The translations under genes were made by a program, and so were the position numbers. The notes under the pieces are model-generated. The model saw only the letters and a list, made by a program, of their open reading frames with translations. It did no database searches and was not told where the DNA came from. A DNA stretch of 64,000 nucleotides from Syntrophales bacterium (GTDB lineage Bacteria > Desulfobacterota > Syntrophia > Syntrophales > UBA2210), in NCBI GenBank assembly GCA_963662405.2, contig CAXXKT010000001.1, positions 2,016,001 to 2,080,000 of the forward strand, read 5' to 3'. This document shows, piece by piece, positions 31,463 to 39,183 of the stretch (positions within the stretch are counted from its first letter, which is position 1; the number at the start of each line of letters is the position of its first letter).

Positions 31463-31477
31463 ATACCGTTGCACCCA
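31463..31477. repeat. Right arm of the perfect 15-bp inverted repeat (partner 29984-29998)
   Basis: ATACCGTTGCACCCA; begins 7 nt downstream of a minus-strand TTGACT-17 bp-TATCAG promoter candidate (31512-31484). Confidence 0.9.
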
Positions 31478-31516
31478 TTTTTTCTGATAGGGAATTTAAC
31501 CAATTAAGTCAAGAAT

Positions 31517-31545
31517 AAAAAGGCGGGGTTTTGCCCCGCCTTTTT
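31517..31545. terminator. Bidirectional rho-independent terminator after the P63C gene
   Basis: AAAAAGGCGGGG-TTTTG-CCCCGCCTTTTT. Confidence 0.88.
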
Positions 31546-32457
31546 CTAATCGTCATCTCCGAGATCAATGGTGTATTGATCTCCAAAGGCTGGGTATGCC
31601 CTTTCAACAAGTCTAACGTATTTTTTCCAATTTGTGGTAGCCCTTGCTAGCGCCAGCAGACCACCAAAAAACTCTCTTAACCTAGGCTCTCCAACTTCAT
31701 CGGTAAGAAATTGAAAGTGCTTATGCTTTCTATACCCCTTGTCTGTTTTTGAGTTTCGTTTTTCAAGTTCTCCCAATAAGTTGGGGGCCATTCTTTCGTA
31801 GATGTATTTATTGGTCCATTTTCCAATAATACTCGGTCTTTTTTGCGCATTTTCTACGCTCCATGGCCAATTATTCAACCTAAACCACTCTTTGTATAAT
31901 ACCAGTGGGAACGTAACCTCGTATTTTTTGGCCTCGTTCAAGAGGAACTGATTTAATATCTCATTTAAGACCCCCTTCATTCTAAGGTCTTGATATCCAG
32001 TGGCCTCATCAACCAGAGCCGTTATTCCAACATGAGCAAAACCTCGCATCAGCAACTCTGCTTTAAGCGCCGTTTTTTCTTGTGCTTTTGAAAGAGCGCC
32101 TTTTTCTCTTGCCTTGAGCCAAATATTACAAATATCAGAGAGAAGATGTGCTGGTAATCCCTGCGCTTCTGTACCAGATTTTGTCATGTAGGTAATTGGA
32201 TTTAGGAGTTTATCTCTTATTTCCAGTTCAATAAATGGCTCTAGTTTTTTGGCTGAAACATATTCTGGAAGATGAGCGCCTTTTTCATCGGCTCTTTTGC
32301 GTTGCCAATGTGCGCCAGCGCCTTTTTTACCTAATGCTCTCGCAACACTTCTTTCTCTTAAAACTCTAGTTTCATCTTCTAGTACTGCGCATGGTATTAC
32401 TGTATCACCTATCTTCAATTCACCTTGATGTGTTGCCTTTGGTAACCCCTTCGCCAT
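31546..32457 (-). CDS. IS1595 passenger: P63C-domain protein (phage-associated family)
   Basis: GELKIGDTVIPCAVLED.TRVL, GFAHVGITALVDEATGYQ, RPSIIGKWTNKYIYERM, KHFQFLT motifs; directly downstream of the transposase. Confidence 0.8.
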   Translation of the reverse strand: MAKGLPKATHQGELKIGDTVIPCAVLEDETRVLRERSVARALGKKGAGAHWQRKRADEKGAHLPEYVSAKKLEPFIELEIRDKLLNPITYMTKSGTEAQGLPAHLLSDICNIWLKAREKGALSKAQEKTALKAELLMRGFAHVGITALVDEATGYQDLRMKGVLNEILNQFLLNEAKKYEVTFPLVLYKEWFRLNNWPWSVENAQKRPSIIGKWTNKYIYERMAPNLLGELEKRNSKTDKGYRKHKHFQFLTDEVGEPRLREFFGGLLALARATTNWKKYVRLVERAYPAFGDQYTIDLGDDD

Positions 32458-32459
32458 TC

Positions 32460-33332
32460 CTACACCTCCAATGCTCTTTTTATTGTGAGGCCAAACAAAT
32501 CTTCATGTTCACGGTAATTGTAGCGGTAGCAGAATTCATTCACGTAGTGGGGAAGATAGCGGATACTAACTTTGTGAAATTGGCCTATGATACCACGTTT
32601 TAACAAAGCCCAAAAGGATTCAATGGTATTGGTATGCACCTCACCGTCAACGTACCACATGGTATGATTGATAACCTTGTGCGCCATTATCTGTTGAATT
32701 CCCGCATAGCCACGGTATTCATCAGTCATGAGCGTGGTGTTTTTAATGTCCACATGCTGTCTGATGAGCGATTTAAGGTCTTTTGATTTGAGCTTGTACT
32801 TATTGACCACTTTGGCAGTTACCCGCCCTTGACGCTCCACCATCCCAACCACCGGGGTCTTGGTTGTTCCCCGGCCACGGTGAATTTTGCCACCGTTTGG
32901 CCCTCCCTTGCGTGGTTTCCCTCCGATATAGGTTTCATCCACTTCAACAATCCCCGTCAATAGTTCTCTCTGTGTGCGCTCCATCATAGCTTCACGGATC
33001 TTCATGGAGATACGCCATGCTGTGTCTTTGTTGACCTGGAGATCACGGGAGAGTTGACGGGCAGAAATACCCTTCTTTGCATTGAGGATGAGAGTAATAG
33101 CAAGGAACCATTTCTGTAATTGTAAGTGGGTATGGTGAAAGATCGTGCCAACCGTCACGCTGTAAGTTGTGTTACAGTTATTACAGTGGTGACGTTTTTG
33201 TTTTGGCAGTGGTGTGGAGTTTGGAGAATTACAGTAGGTACAACGCGGTTTACCTTGCCACCGGACTGCCTCTAAATGTCTAAGGCAATCATCTTCGGTT
33301 GGAAACTTTTGGTAGATTTCTATGATATTCAT
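32460..33332 (-). CDS. IS1595-family transposase
   Basis: Zn ribbon CTYC...CNNC; VEVDETYIGG, TDEYRGY, HTNTIESFWALLKRG, YVNEFCYRYN. Confidence 0.94.
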   Translation of the reverse strand: MNIIEIYQKFPTEDDCLRHLEAVRWQGKPRCTYCNSPNSTPLPKQKRHHCNNCNTTYSVTVGTIFHHTHLQLQKWFLAITLILNAKKGISARQLSRDLQVNKDTAWRISMKIREAMMERTQRELLTGIVEVDETYIGGKPRKGGPNGGKIHRGRGTTKTPVVGMVERQGRVTAKVVNKYKLKSKDLKSLIRQHVDIKNTTLMTDEYRGYAGIQQIMAHKVINHTMWYVDGEVHTNTIESFWALLKRGIIGQFHKVSIRYLPHYVNEFCYRYNYREHEDLFGLTIKRALEV

Positions 33333-33920
33333 ATGTGCTACCTCCTGTTGGGACAAAAGATAGCACACATTAAAACTAATTGCAAGAGAATTCTTCTACC
33401 TTAAATTGGGACATTCCGTTACATTTTGCTGAGCCCAAAGAAGAACGCCCGCAAAGCCATCAAGGCAAAGATTCGGGAGATCATCCGACACGGGGGCTCC
33501 ACCCCCGCGAAAGACCTGATCAAAAGGATCAACGCCGCCTTGGCCGGATGGGTTGAATACTTCCGGGTCGGCAACTCAAGCCGGGCCTTCAGCGAAGTCC
33601 GCGACTATGGAGAAATGAAGGTCAGGACGTTGCTGACGCGGCGAAAGCGCAGACAGAAGCGAAGCGTGGGCTGGCGGCGGTGGAGTAACGAATACATCTA
33701 TGGTGTGCTGGGGCTGTTTTGGGATTGGAAAATCCACCCCCTGCAAAACGTGGAGGCATACTCGTGAAAGTGGCTGTCAGCATCACAAGGACCCATAACC
33801 CTTTCGGAGAAGACTACTGGGCGAGCTGCTTGAGGGAAAACCTCACGAGCAGTTCCTATGGGGAGGGGCTGGAAACGAGCCGGGAAAGTGCCCAGGAACC
33901 GCGCCAGTCCTTTACCCGAC

Positions 33921-34166
33921 AACTCTTCTTCAAATGGATCAAACAACATCTGAGAATCAAGTCCTTTTACGGTACCTCGGAGAATGCTATAAAAACACAG
34001 ATCTGGATTGCAATTTCCGTATATGTTCTGGTAGCTATTATCAAGAAGGATTTGAAATTTGAAAAAGAACCAATTTTACAAGTCCGTACGAATAACGATT
34101 ACATAAACCCAACCCCTACCTCTTCTAACCAGCCGAATCTATGCGGGTAACGTTGGGACAGTAGTA
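33921..34166 (+). pseudogene. IS4-family transposase relic, part 3' of the intron, with a degenerate right end
   Basis: LFFKWIKQHLRIKSFYGTSENAIKTQIWIAISVY; ends GGGACAGTAGT, resembling GGACACTAGTG of the intact IS4. Confidence 0.85.
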
Positions 34167-34367
34167 AACCGCTTTAATGCCTGAAATGACATTGCAATAT
34201 GTCTGCAACATCCGTGTGAATAATGGTGAGGGCACCTATCTCCGAATCAGGTGAGAGGGTTGCTGGCCTCTTGTTCCCTTTTGAGGTACAATGCCCGATA
34301 GCATCGAAAGAGGAGTGATTTTTTAAAGATAGAGAGTAAATCCCGCTAACCCAAGTGGAGAGTAATA

Positions 34368-35708
34368 ATGGAAGAGGCAAACAAGGGAAAACCAGCGCAG
34401 GCTGATAAAGACAGAAACGGAGTTCAGTCCATCGAAGACAAAAAAACGACGAATAATACAATGTCTCATCTGGGTGATAATCTTTCACTGCCGACGGATT
34501 ATATGAGACTGGTGCTCGAAAATTCTCATGAGATGATTACAATCATACAGAATGAACAATATCAGTTTGTTAACCAGAAAGTTGTCGAAAATCGTGGATA
34601 CTCACCCGAGGAGATGTACAACAAGCATATAAAGGACATTGTTCATCCCGAAGATTACGAAAGGATAAAGGGAAATTTTTATAAAAGACTTCGTGGTGAA
34701 TTGGTTGAGAAATATCCATACAGGATTATCGACAAATTCGGCAATATCAGATGGGAAGAACTCTCCGGGGTCGAGGTTTTGTGGAATGGAAAACCCGCCG
34801 CGCTGAATTTTATCACCGATATCACACGCCGGTTCCATGCGGAAGAAGCTCTTAAAAAATCTGAACGACAATTGTTTGATATTGTAAATTTTCTTCCCGA
34901 TGCCATGTTTGCTATTGATGCAGAGGGCAAGGTCATCGCGTGGAACATGCGGATGGAAAAACTATCAGGGGTCAAGGCCGCTGATATGGTTGGAAAGGGT
35001 GATTATGAGTATGCCCTTCCTTTTTATGGAGAGAGGAGACCTATGTTGATCAATCTCATATCTCAGCCGGATGCCTCGATAGAGCGGAACTATACATATT
35101 TAAAGAGAGATAAGAATTCTCTTGGTGCTGAAACATTCTTTGAAAATGGGGGGACTTCCTTGTGGATGTGGTCCGAGGCAAGCCTTATGCTTGACCATAA
35201 TGAAAATATTGTTGGTGCGGTACAGTTGATCCAGGATATTACAGCCCTTCGATATACCCAGGACGAGTTAAAAGAAAAATCTATTCATCTCGAGGAGACA
35301 AATACAGCTTTACGGGTATTGCTGAAACATCGCGAGGATGACAGACAGGAAATAGAGGAAAGGTTCGTTTATAATATCAATAGCCTGGTGATGCCTTATC
35401 TGGAGAAACTGAGACAGGTCGGGCTCAGTGCAAGTCAAAAAAACTATCTCTCTATAGCCGAGGAGCATCTTGAAGAGGTCCTTTCTCCTTTTCTGGTGAA
35501 GATGGCACGGAAGCATTTACAGCTTACCCCACGGGAGACAGAAATAGCGGCTCTCGTGAAGGATGGAAAGACAACAAAGGAAATCGCAGAGATACTCCAC
35601 ATAGAGGTCAATACCATTAATAATCACAGGAGGCACCTCCGAAAAAAAATGGGTTTGAAAAATAAAGAAGAAAACCTCAGATCCTATCTCTTATCTTTCC
35701 AGAAATGA
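34368..35708 (+). CDS. PAS-PAS-LuxR HTH one-component transcriptional regulator
   Basis: Two PAS domains (IVHPEDY; FLPDAMFAIDAEGKVIAWN); LTPRETEIAALVKDGKTTKEIAEIL...NNHRRHLRKK. Confidence 0.9.
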   Translation: MEEANKGKPAQADKDRNGVQSIEDKKTTNNTMSHLGDNLSLPTDYMRLVLENSHEMITIIQNEQYQFVNQKVVENRGYSPEEMYNKHIKDIVHPEDYERIKGNFYKRLRGELVEKYPYRIIDKFGNIRWEELSGVEVLWNGKPAALNFITDITRRFHAEEALKKSERQLFDIVNFLPDAMFAIDAEGKVIAWNMRMEKLSGVKAADMVGKGDYEYALPFYGERRPMLINLISQPDASIERNYTYLKRDKNSLGAETFFENGGTSLWMWSEASLMLDHNENIVGAVQLIQDITALRYTQDELKEKSIHLEETNTALRVLLKHREDDRQEIEERFVYNINSLVMPYLEKLRQVGLSASQKNYLSIAEEHLEEVLSPFLVKMARKHLQLTPRETEIAALVKDGKTTKEIAEILHIEVNTINNHRRHLRKKMGLKNKEENLRSYLLSFQK

Positions 35709-35757
35709 TCATATATTATAGTCATTATAAGATCATTATTTAGCAGTTCCATTTTTC
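35705..35757 (+). promoter_or_regulatory. Conserved upstream motif, copy 1 (TCAT(T)AT direct repeats)
   Basis: ATGATCATATATTATAGTCATTATAAGATCATTATTTAGCAGTTCC; near-identical copy at 47926. Confidence 0.7.
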
Positions 35758-35894
35758 GGATTCTTGTCATAGTGATCATACTTATACAAGGGCATGATGA
35801 TTTGCCTGATGCAAGGCTCACGTCATCTCTTTGTTTATTTATATGGCGAACGCATATATGCGTTCGCATTCATTATATCAATGAGGAGCGTAAT

Positions 35895-37100
35895 ATGCAG
35901 GAGCAGCCCTTTGAGGGTATTAAAATTCTCGATTTATCAAATCACATCAGTGGATCTTTTTGTACAAAGCTTTTTGCGGATTATGGAGCGGATGTCATCA
36001 AGATCGAGAAGCCAGGCACGGGAAGCCTGACCCGTTATATGTCACCGTTTGTGGGTGATATGCCAGATATTAATAAAAGCGTTTATTTTCTGTATCTTAA
36101 TACAAACAAGAGAGGGATCACACTCAACCTGAAAACAGAGACAGGAAAGGAAATATTCTCACGGCTTGTTCAAGATGCCGATATTCTCGTAGAGAGTTTT
36201 GCACCCCGTGTGTCGAACCGTCTGGGACTGAGTTTCGATGTGATAGAAAAACTGAATCCTCGATTGGTTATGGCGTCAATTTCAAACTTCGGGCAGACAG
36301 GTCCTTACCGGGACTTCAAGGCTTCCGATCTGGTTGAATATGCCATGGGGGGCGCGATGTATTCGACCGGGCTCCCCGACAGAGAACCGCTGGCCAAGGG
36401 TCCCAACTCTTTACTTTTTGAAACAGGGACCCAGGCAGGCTACGCCATTTTGGGTGCCTATATGAGTGCGAGACAAGACGGTGTGGGTGATTATATTGAT
36501 ATCTCGATTATGGAGGCACAGCTTGCCGGATGCGAGCGAAGGACTGCTAATCTGCTCACCTACCAATATACGGGCGATATAACTCGTCGTGTTTCACCGG
36601 CCGATGGGATTGTATCGACAGCGCCGTCGATATTGCCGTGTAAGGACGGTTATGTGACATTGACGATAGGACCCAAGAATTTTTCAAAGTTTCTATCACT
36701 GATAGGGAGACCCGATCTTGTCAATGACCCTGCGTGGGATGCCAACAATATGGAAATGTCAGATGAAGTAATGAAAGTGTACTACGATTGTTTTTCGAGA
36801 AAAACGAAAATGGAATGGGCTGAGATGTTTCAGAAAGAGGGATTGATCTGTACCCCTCTGAGCACCCCCGAGGATGTTTGCACAGATGAGCATTGGGAAC
36901 AGCGAGACTTTTTCGTGGCAGTTGATCACCCTTCAACGGGAACGATCAAATATCCCCGAGGGCCAATTCGAACCAATCCTGAATGGTGGAAGATACGGAT
37001 ACCCGCTCCATTGTTGGGTCAGCACAACAGAGAAATCTACGGTGAATTGGGTTTTACCGCTGAGGACATGACTGTGTTGCAGGCCCAAGGAATTGTCTAG
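35895..37100 (+). CDS. Family III CoA-transferase (CaiB/BaiF), subunit A, copy 1
   Basis: GIKILDLS, GADVIKIEKPG, NTNKRGITLNLK, SISNFGQTGPY, APLLGQHN; canonical catalytic Asp not seen. Confidence 0.92.
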   Translation: MQEQPFEGIKILDLSNHISGSFCTKLFADYGADVIKIEKPGTGSLTRYMSPFVGDMPDINKSVYFLYLNTNKRGITLNLKTETGKEIFSRLVQDADILVESFAPRVSNRLGLSFDVIEKLNPRLVMASISNFGQTGPYRDFKASDLVEYAMGGAMYSTGLPDREPLAKGPNSLLFETGTQAGYAILGAYMSARQDGVGDYIDISIMEAQLAGCERRTANLLTYQYTGDITRRVSPADGIVSTAPSILPCKDGYVTLTIGPKNFSKFLSLIGRPDLVNDPAWDANNMEMSDEVMKVYYDCFSRKTKMEWAEMFQKEGLICTPLSTPEDVCTDEHWEQRDFFVAVDHPSTGTIKYPRGPIRTNPEWWKIRIPAPLLGQHNREIYGELGFTAEDMTVLQAQGIV

Positions 37101-37142
37101 GAATGTTGAATTAGGTAGCAAAGAGAGTAGGGTCGAATAACT

Positions 37143-38489
37143 ATGAATAAGAAAACAAAAAAATTTCCGTTAGAGGGAATACGAGTGCTGAGCCTGACGG
37201 CATCGTGGTCAGGCCCCTTTGCGAGTATGTTGTTGGGCGATATGGGAGCAGAGGTTCTGAGGCTGGAGCAGATTCAATATGCCGGTGGTATGACCCGGGG
37301 ACTCGAAGCCCGGCCAAATGAGAAGAGATGGACAAATGATAAGAGGGGGGGGGTAATGCAATACGTTGACCGTGAACCATGGGGACCAAATGGAGAATCC
37401 CCATGGAACCGGTTCAGTTTTGGGAATTGCCATTTGCAAAATACCCATAGTTTCACACTCGACTTTTCCCGACCCAAAGGATGGGAGCTCTTGAAACGCA
37501 TCATAAAGATGAGTGACATTTTCATGGAAAACAACACTCCTACCACGGCACCGAAGCTGGGGTTCACATGGGAATTTCTCCACGAAGTCAATCCTCGAAT
37601 CATCGTTATTCGATCGCCTGGTTTTGGCCTTAGTGGTCCGCATGCGGGCTGGAAGGGGTTTGGAAGAAACATTGAGGCAGCTATGGGGCATTCCTGGTTA
37701 TGTCGGTATTCCGAAAGTCCTGAGCATCTCCTCAGCAACAGGCAGACATATCTCATGGACAACATGGGCTCTCATGCGATAGCCATGTCTGCCATGATGG
37801 CCCTCATTGACAGAGAAAAAACAGGGCAAGGAGCGCTGGTGGAGGTTGCGCAGGCAGAAGGCGCGATGGGTGCTTTGCCTGCTCCTTGGATTGATTACTT
37901 TGCGAATGGACGGATGCGGACGGTCAAGGGTAATCGGCTTCCCACAGCGGTGCAGGGTTGCTACCCAACGGCCGGGAATGACCAGTGGGTGGCCATCACT
38001 ATCAATAACGATGAAGAATGGGAAAGATTCTGTCACGCCGTCGGCAATCCTCCCTGGACACGAGATGAACTTTTCAATAGTTTGTTAAGCAGACTTAAGA
38101 ATCAGGACGATCTGGATGCGAATATTGCGCAATGGACGAAGAAACGGAGCAATTATGACGTCATGTACCTTTTGCAAGCGCATGGTGTTCCGGCCGGACC
38201 GGTGATGACGGAGGCAATGACCTTTGCGGATGGTCACCTCAAAGACCGTGAATTTTTCATAGAGGAGACACAGAAGTGGAGTGGCACTCACAAGTATACG
38301 GGATATACCGGCAAGTACGCCAGAACTCCCCGGAAGAACCGTGTCGATATGCCCCCTTGTGGTCTCGGCGAGCATAATGAGTACGTCTTTAAGACACTAT
38401 TGGGCCTCTCCGATGAAGAATACACTGCGCTCGAAAAGGAGGAGTATATCGGGACCGAGATACTGGCCAAGGCTAAGGCAAGTCTTTAA
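37143..38489 (+). CDS. Family III CoA-transferase, subunit B, copy 1
   Basis: LEGIRVLSLT, LLGDMGAEV, GFGLSGP, YLMDNMG, LGEHNEYV. Confidence 0.9.
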   Translation: MNKKTKKFPLEGIRVLSLTASWSGPFASMLLGDMGAEVLRLEQIQYAGGMTRGLEARPNEKRWTNDKRGGVMQYVDREPWGPNGESPWNRFSFGNCHLQNTHSFTLDFSRPKGWELLKRIIKMSDIFMENNTPTTAPKLGFTWEFLHEVNPRIIVIRSPGFGLSGPHAGWKGFGRNIEAAMGHSWLCRYSESPEHLLSNRQTYLMDNMGSHAIAMSAMMALIDREKTGQGALVEVAQAEGAMGALPAPWIDYFANGRMRTVKGNRLPTAVQGCYPTAGNDQWVAITINNDEEWERFCHAVGNPPWTRDELFNSLLSRLKNQDDLDANIAQWTKKRSNYDVMYLLQAHGVPAGPVMTEAMTFADGHLKDREFFIEETQKWSGTHKYTGYTGKYARTPRKNRVDMPPCGLGEHNEYVFKTLLGLSDEEYTALEKEEYIGTEILAKAKASL

Positions 38490-38608
38490 GGATATTCGAT
38501 AGGTCGTTGAAGAGTGATCTTAAGATTTCTCGTTTAGAAAAAGGGCGGTGAATCTGAGGCTGTATTCATGAAGAGGTATACGCAAGAAAAAGAAAGGGGG
38601 TATTTATT

Positions 38609-39115
38609 GTGAGGCGTTTAATACGTGGAATAGACACCATTAATGCTCTCGTGGGGCTTACGATGGGGATCGTGTCTCTTTTCGTAATGCTCAGCGTTAT
38701 ATATGAGGTGGTATCCCGCTACTTCTTTAATGCGCCGACACTCTGGTCGATGGAAGTCAACCAGTACCTGTTTTGTGCGATTACCCTTTTGGGGGGGGGA
38801 TATTGCCTTCTGCGAGATGGACATGTCCGGGTTGATATCCTGTATCCCAAACTTTCACCCAGGGGGCAGGCAATCAGCGATTTTTGCTGTTTCCCTCTTG
38901 CACTTATGTTTTGCGGATTTCTTATCTGGTTTGGCTGGCAGGAAACATGGGATTCGATAGTGGGCCATCGCCTTTCTGACTCAGTTATTGCCTTGCCTCT
39001 CTGGCCGGTGTGGCTTGTCGTTCCTGTAGGCGGTTTGCTGCTGGGAATGCAGGTCATCTCCAGATTATTGAGGCGGGTGGAAGATATGAAGTCATCATGT
39101 GAAAAGAACGATTGA
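38609..39115 (+). CDS. dctQ: TRAP small permease
   Basis: EVVSRYFFNAPTLWS, GHVRVD. Confidence 0.9.
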   Translation: MRRLIRGIDTINALVGLTMGIVSLFVMLSVIYEVVSRYFFNAPTLWSMEVNQYLFCAITLLGGGYCLLRDGHVRVDILYPKLSPRGQAISDFCCFPLALMFCGFLIWFGWQETWDSIVGHRLSDSVIALPLWPVWLVVPVGGLLLGMQVISRLLRRVEDMKSSCEKND

Positions 39116-39183
39116 CTATGTTTCTTTGGCATCATGGTGAATCATAGTGAGTTGGAACAGCTCATATAAGAAAAGGTGAAAAA

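Larger units (their letters stand above)
29413..33418 (-). mobile_element. IS1595-family element carrying passenger genes (4006 bp including a nested IS3)
   Basis: IRs CGGAATGTCCCA-nnn-TAAGGTAG (20/23 match); 8-bp TSD TTACATTT at 29405-29412 and 33419-33426. Confidence 0.95.
28446..33767 (+). pseudogene. ltrA: Group II intron reverse transcriptase/maturase split by IS1595 (28446-29412 + 33427-33767)
   Basis: APGIDG, IPCIRDR, SYGFRP, PQGGPFSP, RFADD, FLGF; removing the IS and one TSD gives a seamless 435-aa frame (...RHYILLSPKK...). Confidence 0.92.
27926..33920 (+). mobile_element. Group II intron inserted in the IS4 relic and itself interrupted by IS1595
   Basis: 5' GCGTG; domain V GAGCTGCTTGAGGGAAAACCTCACGAGCAGTTC (33823-33855); domain VI ends TTTACCCGAC; removal restores IS4 ...CGC TGG CCG GTG G|AA CTC TTC TTC AAA TGG (RWPVELFFKW). 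Confidence 0.92.
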
